Assembly: GCA_000993025.1 (NCBI GenBank)
Contig: LBVJ01000001.1
Location: forward strand, 29,699 to 93,698
DNA from: Candidatus Woesebacteria bacterium GW2011_GWA1_38_8
GTDB taxonomy: Bacteria > Patescibacteriota > Microgenomatia > UBA8517
DNA length: 64,000 bases
Direction: 5' to 3'
The position numbers and the translations under genes were made by a program. Below the pieces are notes generated by a model, which saw only the letters and a list, made by a program, of their open reading frames with translations, was not told where the DNA came from and did not search any database. Positions 42,129-48,683 of the stretch are shown here, piece by piece (within the stretch, counting starts at the first letter, position 1; every line of letters begins with the position of its first letter).

Positions 42129-42865
42129 AAATATCGGCTGTAGTTTTGACAAAAAACAGTGCTGACAAAATAAAATCCCTATATACCTCGCTTAAAGGAT
42201 TTGATGAAATTATTTTTATTGACGACGGTTCAACAGATAAAACAAAAGCTCTATGCTCTAAATTCGGTATCACGTATATAAAAAGAGCACTTAAGGCTGA
42301 TTTTTCATCGCAAAGAAATTATGCTCTTGATACAGCAAATAATGATTGGGTCTTCTTTCTTGACAGCGATGAAAAAGTTAACTCCATCTTTACTAATGAG
42401 GTGCGGGAAAATATAAAAATAGGAGGATATAACGGTTACTATATAAAGCGGATAAATATATTTTTTGATCATAAAGTAATGGGAACCGAAATGGGTGAGC
42501 AGCATATAATCCGGTTGGCTAATAAATCATACGGAAGATGGAAAAGAAAAGTACATGAATATTGGGATGTTAAAAAGCCTTTGGGAGAAATATCTGAATC
42601 AGTTGTGCATACAACTGCTAATTCGATCACTGAATTTATAAATAAGATCATTATGTATTATGTAATTCACGCTGAAGAAAATATGGGGTCGGGAAAAAAA
42701 TCAAATTTTTACAAAGTAATATTATTTCCACTTCTTAAGTGTATTAAAAATTTTATTTTTCTGAATGGGTATAAAGACGGTGTTTATGGATTTGTGATAT
42801 CGGTTCTTATGTCCTTTCACTCGTATTTGTCCTGGTCGCAGATGTGGTTAAAAAGTAGACGCTGA
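42125..42865 (+). CDS. GT2 glycosyltransferase (WaaE/KdtX-like)
   Basis: DDGSTD, DFSSQRN, LDSDE, VHE and GYKDG. Confidence 0.88.
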   Translation: MKISAVVLTKNSADKIKSLYTSLKGFDEIIFIDDGSTDKTKALCSKFGITYIKRALKADFSSQRNYALDTANNDWVFFLDSDEKVNSIFTNEVRENIKIGGYNGYYIKRINIFFDHKVMGTEMGEQHIIRLANKSYGRWKRKVHEYWDVKKPLGEISESVVHTTANSITEFINKIIMYYVIHAEENMGSGKKSNFYKVILFPLLKCIKNFIFLNGYKDGVYGFVISVLMSFHSYLSWSQMWLKSRR

Positions 42866-42915
42866 ATCATGTGGTTTGAATATTGAAATATGAACATAGA
42901 ATATTGGGATAATAT

Positions 42916-44091
42916 ATGAAGATTTTAAGAGTGTATGCTTGCATTCTATTCCTCTCCTTTTGCTTTCTTCTGCCCTTCGGACAATTGTTGAGGTATGAAA
43001 CCTATTTATTTAGTAAATATATTGTTATTCACCCCGTTGATGTTGTTGTCCTTCTATCGTTGCCGTATTTATTGCTATCAAAGAAGAACTCCTATTTTAT
43101 TCACTCAAACAAACTTATTCTGGTGTTAATATTTTCCATGATTTTTTCTCTAAATATTTTTATGGTTAAGGATCTTATGGTAGGCTTTTTGTATTTGATT
43201 CGGTTAATATCATATTTCTCTTTTGCGCATTCTATTTATTATTTGTCTACCGGGGACAAAGTGAAAGAAAAAATAATTACATTTCTATATTTATCTATCA
43301 CATCATTTTTAATTATTGGTTTTGTACAATATATATATTATTTCGACCTTCGTGATCTATATAATATAGGGTGGGATGATCATTATTTCCGATTTGTTTC
43401 AACATTGTTTGACCCTGCCTATACGGCATTGGTTTTAATCATAGGTTTAATAATATTGCTGGAATTTAACTTGCCGATATCGAAATATTTGAAATATATT
43501 TTCACTGTTCTTTTTATCATCTCTATATTATTAACCTTTTCGAGAGCGGGTTATTTAACATTGATAGGATACTTTTTGATTAAATATAAAAAATACGTCT
43601 TGAAGATTTTATTAATTTCAGTCGCAATAATTTTATTTATACTGATCCTTCCAAAGCCAAAAAGTTCCGGGGTCGAAATATATCGTACTTTTAGTATTTA
43701 TTCCAGGTTAGATAATTATTATGAAACTTTTAATATATTCAAGATTCATCCTTTATTTGGAATTGGCTTTAATAACATATGCCTTTATAGGGTTGGATAT
43801 CTAAATGTCGACAACATAAAGTCACATTCTTGTTCGGGAAGTGATTCGTCTATTCTTTTACTCTTGGCGTCGAGTGGAATATTGGGATTAGTAACTTTTA
43901 TTAATGTTATTTTCAATTTTATTAAAAATCCTATCACAAACTCTTACAACAGGATGTTATTTTATCTGATATTTATAACATTAATTAATTCGCTTTTTAA
44001 TAATAGCCTTTTTTACAATTATTTAATGGGGGTATATGCAATTATATTAGGTCTGGCGGGACCAGCTTTCATTCCTCAAAGAAAAGAGTGA
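42916..44091 (+). CDS. O-antigen ligase/polymerase (Wzy_C) family protein
   Basis: R-x-x-STLFDP, LTFSRAG and HPLFGIG; multi-TM. Confidence 0.8.
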   Translation: MKILRVYACILFLSFCFLLPFGQLLRYETYLFSKYIVIHPVDVVVLLSLPYLLLSKKNSYFIHSNKLILVLIFSMIFSLNIFMVKDLMVGFLYLIRLISYFSFAHSIYYLSTGDKVKEKIITFLYLSITSFLIIGFVQYIYYFDLRDLYNIGWDDHYFRFVSTLFDPAYTALVLIIGLIILLEFNLPISKYLKYIFTVLFIISILLTFSRAGYLTLIGYFLIKYKKYVLKILLISVAIILFILILPKPKSSGVEIYRTFSIYSRLDNYYETFNIFKIHPLFGIGFNNICLYRVGYLNVDNIKSHSCSGSDSSILLLLASSGILGLVTFINVIFNFIKNPITNSYNRMLFYLIFITLINSLFNNSLFYNYLMGVYAIILGLAGPAFIPQRKE

Positions 44092-44779
44092 TCTTCTTTT
44101 CAGAAATGTTACCGGCAGGGTCTGTTGATTTGATCGTAAGTATATTCTCACCGGTGTTTAATCTGTATTTAAAGATAAAACTACCGTCATCGGCTAGCCC
44201 AACATACCGGTCGTTAATCGTGACCGTAGAAGTACTATCGCTTACCCCCTTTATTTCAACCGTCATATTCTCAGTTCCATAAAATATCGTATTATCTTGC
44301 GGTAAGGATATTTCTATATCAGGCGGTGTTTTATCGAGAATAACATTATATTCAATGGTCTTCGAGCTTGAATTGCCGGAACTATCCGTTGAATAAAAAT
44401 AGAATTTGTTATCACCTTCCGTAAGATCTACCTTAAACAAAAAACTACCGGTGCTTCCAGCAACCACATCCGTTTTGCCGTGATTCGTTTGCAGTGTTAC
44501 TATAGAACCGCTTTCGGTTTCCCCTTTTATATCTATGGCTGAAGATGATGTATGGAGAGGAAGAGAGTAAATATATGGTATTCTCGGAGGAATATTATCA
44601 TAAGAAGGGTTACTTTGATCTGATATTTTTATATCAGTAATAAGATTAATAATGTTAACCAATATTTTTATTCCTAAGATCGAAAAAAGTAATACCGTAA
44701 TGATTGTCATAAAGAGAAATAATACAGACCGTTTGCGGTAATTCCTCTGTTTGTTTTTATTTCTGAGGGAATAATACAT
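44069..44779 (-). CDS. Membrane-anchored protein with two Ig-like domains
   Basis: N-terminal TM; repeated L-x-x-G-x-N...TD-x-x-GN-x-S motif; DKTPP. Confidence 0.75.
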   Translation of the reverse strand: MYYSLRNKNKQRNYRKRSVLFLFMTIITVLLFSILGIKILVNIINLITDIKISDQSNPSYDNIPPRIPYIYSLPLHTSSSAIDIKGETESGSIVTLQTNHGKTDVVAGSTGSFLFKVDLTEGDNKFYFYSTDSSGNSSSKTIEYNVILDKTPPDIEISLPQDNTIFYGTENMTVEIKGVSDSTSTVTINDRYVGLADDGSFIFKYRLNTGENILTIKSTDPAGNISEKKITLFFEE

Positions 44780-44816
44780 ACATCTATAGATCGATAACTC
44801 GTACCATATTCCAAAC

Positions 44817-44883
44817 TGAGCCGATGAGAGGAGTTGACAATTTTATAATAATTGGCTACTTTCCCCTAACCAAATTGCTCTAC
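44817..44883 (-). pseudogene. Degenerate tRNA-Thr-like remnant
   Basis: Minus strand reads GTAGAGCA...TCAACTCCTCTCATCGGCTCA (D-arm 3' strand plus T-loop/acceptor 3' strand); no 5' acceptor strand. Confidence 0.5.
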
Positions 44884-44897
44884 ATGATTAATACTTG

Positions 44898-44970
44898 AGC
44901 CTACGGTCGGATTTGAACCGACGACCCACGGTTTACGATACCGTTGCTCTACCAACTGAGCTACGTAGGC
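44898..44970 (-). tRNA. tRNA-Thr(CGT)
   Basis: GCCTACG/CGTAGGC, ACGGT-ATCGTAA-ACCGT and GTCGG-TTCAAAT-CCGAC. Confidence 0.95.
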
Positions 44971-45051
44971 ATTAGATTATTATTCAATATACAAAGAGAT
45001 ACCTGAAACAACCAAAAGAAACTTATGAAATTATAACAAATATTGAGGAAA

Positions 45052-45285
45052 TTATTCGTAGTAACCCGATTCTGATAGGCAATCGACGAGAGCTTCATCA
45101 AATGTTTTTTCTGTGTCTATTTTATAAATATCCTTTTTTTGAATAAGATTGGTGGTCTTTTCAGCAATGTCAGCACAGGATGCATAAACTATCTGGGGAC
45201 GGTAATTATTCCAAATTCCAACACCCAAAAATAAAGCTGAGGATACAAAGACAATTAAATACAATTTGCCTTTATATTTTTCCAT
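45052..45285 (-). CDS. Small membrane-anchored hypothetical protein
   Basis: ATG 45285 is preceded by TTGACA-18 nt-CATAAT-6 nt; N-terminal TM and two Cys. Confidence 0.6.
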   Translation of the reverse strand: MEKYKGKLYLIVFVSSALFLGVGIWNNYRPQIVYASCADIAEKTTNLIQKKDIYKIDTEKTFDEALVDCLSESGYYE

Positions 45286-45416
45286 ACATACATTATGAAT
45301 ATTAATCAAAGGTTTTGTCAATAGATCCTCAACAAAAGAATTACAGAGCGGAATCTTGAGAAGCAATTTTGGTATGATCCCGTTCTTCAGGAAACCAATG
45401 CTTCCTTATCTGGATG

Positions 45417-45487
45417 AGCGGGTAAGGGGAGTTGAACCCCTTTCTGTTCCTTGGGAAGGAACCGTTAGGCCGATTAACTATACCCGC
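45417..45487 (-). tRNA. tRNA-Gly(CCC)
   Basis: GCGGGTA/TACCCGC, GTTA/TAAC D stem, GTTCC-TTCCCAA-GGAAC and AGGGG-TTCAACT-CCCCT. Confidence 0.92.
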
Positions 45488-45515
45488 AGAGTACACAGGT
45501 ATTATTTTAATTGCT

Positions 45516-46145
45516 TTATCGGGGTATTACAAATACGTTTCCGGAGTGAATAAGATTGGGGTTTTTGAGTCCATTAGCGTTTGCAATCTCGGTCCACTTA
45601 TACCCATCACCGTATAATTTTACCGATATGTTCCAAAGGCTATCACCCTTCGCTACAGTATAAGTTTCTTGAGATCCCCCGTTTTCATCACCGTCAGACA
45701 CTTCTTCGTTTTGAGAGGGCGTTGCAGATAAAGTCGGCAATACCTGTTCGGGTGTTGAAGAAATGTCATCACTTTCGGTTTCAGTTTCTGGGATAGATTC
45801 CTTTTCAGGTATAACCAACTCCTGACCTTCTTCAAGAATATATGGTTCCTGAATGTCATTAGCTTCAGAAATTAAAGTCCAATCATATCCGGATCCATAG
45901 TAATTTTCCGATATGTTCCACAGATCATCTCCTTTTTGAACGGTATATTTGTCAGAAATTGAGTCTTCTTCTGTTCCTATAGACGGAACTACTTCTCCCT
46001 CTTCTGTTGGGGAATAGTTTTTAATGCTAAATAAACCAACAATAACAATAACGATCGCGCCGATTATCATGCTTATTCCCGACTCGTTATTTTTAATAGT
46101 TTTTTCGATGCTATTGTTGCTGTTTTTGCTTTTGGTCTTAACCAT
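45516..46145 (-). CDS. Membrane-anchored protein with two LysM domains
   Basis: YTVQKGDDLWNIS and YTVAKGDSLWNIS repeats with an acidic linker. Confidence 0.92.
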   Translation of the reverse strand: MVKTKSKNSNNSIEKTIKNNESGISMIIGAIVIVIVGLFSIKNYSPTEEGEVVPSIGTEEDSISDKYTVQKGDDLWNISENYYGSGYDWTLISEANDIQEPYILEEGQELVIPEKESIPETETESDDISSTPEQVLPTLSATPSQNEEVSDGDENGGSQETYTVAKGDSLWNISVKLYGDGYKWTEIANANGLKNPNLIHSGNVFVIPR

Positions 46146-46357
46146 AATATTATGACTTATATTTTATTTATATAAAATGCAGCTTTAGTACTATTTATGA
46201 GTGGAATTTATACTATAAGTTTTATTTTGTCAATAGTAATGTTTAAATAATAATTTAGATTGCACATTCATATTCAATCATATATTACAAAATATCTTAT
46301 ACAAACAGGGGGATTACGGCATATAATTATGTAATTTTCTATAATATAATCTTAAAT

Positions 46358-47023
46358 ATGGACAAAGTAAAAATTATTTCTAACGAAGAAATTGCGAACA
46401 ATGTGAGATCGTTTAAAGTTGAGAAGCCAAAAGGCTACCGTTTCGTTCCCGGTCAAGCAGTAAAAATATTTATTGAGAAAAAAGAGTTTAGGGACGATGG
46501 TCATCCTTTTACTTTGACATCATTAAATAGTGATAATTTCCTGGAATTTTTTATAAAGCAATATCCGGAAAGTGACGGATTTACAAAAACCCTGCATCTT
46601 TTCAATCCGGGAGACAGCATTTTAATTGATGAGCTGTTTGGAAGCATCATCTACAAAGGAACCGGCTTGTTTTTAGCTGCAGGTTCAGGCATAACTCCAT
46701 TCATTTCAATTTTTAGAGATCTTATTAACAGGGGTGGTGTTTCCGATAACGGCTTATTATTCAGTAATAAAACATTTGAGGATATTATATTGTATAACGA
46801 GATAAAAAAAATGTTTTCACATAATGATAGATTAGTTTTCACTCTCTCTCAGGAAGAAAGAACCGGTTTTGCGTATGGACGTATTAACAGATGGATGTTG
46901 AGAAGATATATGCAATCCGGAGATAAGTTATATATTTGCGGACCCAAGTCATTTGTGAAAAATTTATCTTTGATCGCTTATGAATTCGGTAAATCAGAAA
47001 ATGATGTTATCTTTGAGAGATAG
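46358..47023 (+). CDS. Ferredoxin/flavodoxin-NAD(P) reductase family protein
   Basis: FVPGQ, HPFTLTS, AAGSGITPF and YICGP. Confidence 0.88.
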   Translation: MDKVKIISNEEIANNVRSFKVEKPKGYRFVPGQAVKIFIEKKEFRDDGHPFTLTSLNSDNFLEFFIKQYPESDGFTKTLHLFNPGDSILIDELFGSIIYKGTGLFLAAGSGITPFISIFRDLINRGGVSDNGLLFSNKTFEDIILYNEIKKMFSHNDRLVFTLSQEERTGFAYGRINRWMLRRYMQSGDKLYICGPKSFVKNLSLIAYEFGKSENDVIFER

Positions 47024-47733
47024 TTGATCTTGTAAACACATAGGACATATTCGTAATGGTTGTAATATGATAATTATATTTACTCAATATACGAGTAATA
47101 TATTTATTCATATTTAATTTCTCTCCCATATCCTCTCTCTCAAGGCAGATTACTTCAGGGCTGATTTCTTCTTTGAGAAATGCTTTTACGATCGAATAGC
47201 TTAAACCTTCAGCATCAATATTCAAAAAATCAACCTTTATATTTTTAATAAATTTCTGATTTATATATTTAATACTTTTAACAGTACACACTTCGGAACG
47301 TATAAATTTTGATTGTCCTGACGTAATGACCGCTTTATAATTACTATAATTGAAAGTATTTAGCGCTTCATCTTCGAATATGTAGTATTTTTTAGAGTCA
47401 TTTTTAATACCTAATGCGAAATTCAGGTTAATGTCGCGTTTTCTTGCGATCTTAAATAACTTAATATTATTTTCATTAGGCTCAATGTTAATTCCGCTCC
47501 AGCCTTTCTGGTATAGCTTCTGAGTGTTTGAAAATTTATAAGGATGAAACGCACCAATATCTACATAAAATCCGTCCTTTTTATCCCTAAATATTCTCTC
47601 CAAGATAAGATAAATACCGGTCTATGATCAAATCTTCCCCATCTTGGGAATAACTGGTATTCCAGTATAAAAAAGGTAGGTTTAGATGGCAGGATATATA
47701 CGATTTTATTATTCTTGAAGTAATATTTGTCAT
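47007..47733 (-). pseudogene. FkbM-family methyltransferase, frameshifted near 47590-47605
   Basis: ORF from ATG 47733 reads ...SYSQDGEDLIIDRYLSYLGENI* (stop 47587); another frame continues DGFYVDIGAFHP...GWSGINIEPN...FLNIDAEG. Confidence 0.75.
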
Positions 47734-47741
47734 TAAAGATG

Positions 47742-47770
47742 TTGTTCAACAAAGAATTAAATAGTATAAT
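47742..47770 (+). promoter_or_regulatory. Putative promoter for the hairpin array plus tRNA-Asp
   Basis: TTGTTC-17 nt-TATAAT; a second TATAAT lies at 47782-47787. Confidence 0.5.
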
Positions 47771-47790
47771 TCCGTATATTTTATAATTTA

Positions 47791-47934
47791 TGGGGTCATA
47801 ACACAACGTTATGCCTCCACTACGTGGGGTCATAACAACCTCCGCTTTGCGGAGAACGTTGTGCCCCTAAAACAACTTTTGGGGTCATAAGAACATCTGC
47901 ATTGCAGATAACCTTGAGACCCCAAACAAACTTT
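47791..47934 (+). repeat. Three hairpin units, each starting with the tRNA-Asp 5' end (TGGGGTCATA)
   Basis: GGGGTCATA at 47792, 47826, 47881 and 47935 (the tRNA); each unit is closed by a complementary 3' strand. Confidence 0.85.
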
Positions 47935-48008
47935 GGGGTCATAGCTCAACTGGTTAGAGCGCTTCCCTGTCACGGAAGAGGTTGCGGGTTCGAGTCCCGT
48001 TGACCCCG
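47935..48008 (+). tRNA. tRNA-Asp(GTC)
   Basis: GGGGTCA/TGACCCC-G, CTTCC-CTGTCAC-GGAAG and GCGGG-TTCGAGT-CCCGT. Confidence 0.96.
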
Positions 48009-48010
48009 CA

Positions 48011-48049
48011 AATAAAAATATCCTCACTAAAGTGTGAGGTATTTTTATT
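48011..48049 (+). terminator. Intrinsic terminator-like hairpin after tRNA-Asp
   Basis: AATAAAAATA-T-CCTCAC-loop-GTGAGG-TATTTTTATT. Confidence 0.65.
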
Positions 48050-48091
48050 CGTAAAACGGGACGAGAAGTTTATGGTGAGCCAGCCGAACCA

Positions 48092-48114
48092 AGTCCCGTT
48101 GACCCCGCAAATAA
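48092..48114 (+). repeat. 23-bp direct repeat of the tRNA-Asp 3' end
   Basis: AGTCCCGTTGACCCCGCAAATAA, identical to 47993-48015. Confidence 0.9.
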
Positions 48115-48160
48115 TAATTTCTCCTTATTTTAGGTAATTTTTATATATTATAATTAAGCC

Positions 48161-48517
48161 ATGAAAACAAATGACTTTGGTTTTTGGGTTTCTTTAGAAG
48201 AAATAATAAAAAGTTCATCAATATTAATTGACCGACCCAAAGGTACAGCCCATCCAAGATATTCAAGTTTTATTTATCCAGTAGACTACGGTTATCTAGA
48301 AGGAACTACTTCCATGGATGGGGGTGGAATTGATGTTTGGAGAGGGACTGGAAATAATGGCTTTGATTCAATACTTTGTGTGGTTGATGGAATTAAAAAA
48401 GATTCAGAGATAAAAATTTTAATTAATTGCTCCGAAAAAGAAAAACAAGAAATATTAAAATGTCAGAATTTTGGAAAAATGAAGGCAATATTGATATATA
48501 AATTTAATGAAGATTGA
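48161..48517 (+). CDS. Short inorganic pyrophosphatase-like protein
   Basis: IDRPKG-x-x-HP, YPVDYGY and DGGGIDV. Confidence 0.75.
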   Translation: MKTNDFGFWVSLEEIIKSSSILIDRPKGTAHPRYSSFIYPVDYGYLEGTTSMDGGGIDVWRGTGNNGFDSILCVVDGIKKDSEIKILINCSEKEKQEILKCQNFGKMKAILIYKFNED

Positions 48518-48683
48518 TAAAACAGGTTCTAACTGCGTCAATGGTTCGCCACCTTCGTCTCGCTGAAGCTCAACTTCGGCTATGTGAAACCCGCTTACAT
48601 TAAAATTTCAGCAAGGTAAAACCCTTTTATAGATAGCGAGAAATGCAGATTAAAGTTGCTCTAGGTTTGATATAATCAATTTA

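Noticed and set aside
45395-45412. SRP RNA (AAGGAAGCA on the minus strand)
   Set aside because: Lacks the preceding CAGG..GNRA helix-8 arrangement and abuts the tRNA-Gly 3' end.
47561-47833. 90-aa minus-strand ORF as the FkbM N-terminus
   Set aside because: The conserved SYSQDGED motif is in a different frame starting at ATG 47733, and this ORF runs into the hairpin array.
47791-47944. CRISPR array interpretation of the TGGGGTCATA repeats
   Set aside because: The repeat is only ~10 nt and equals the tRNA 5' end; the spacers are related, self-complementary and irregular; no cas genes are in the window.
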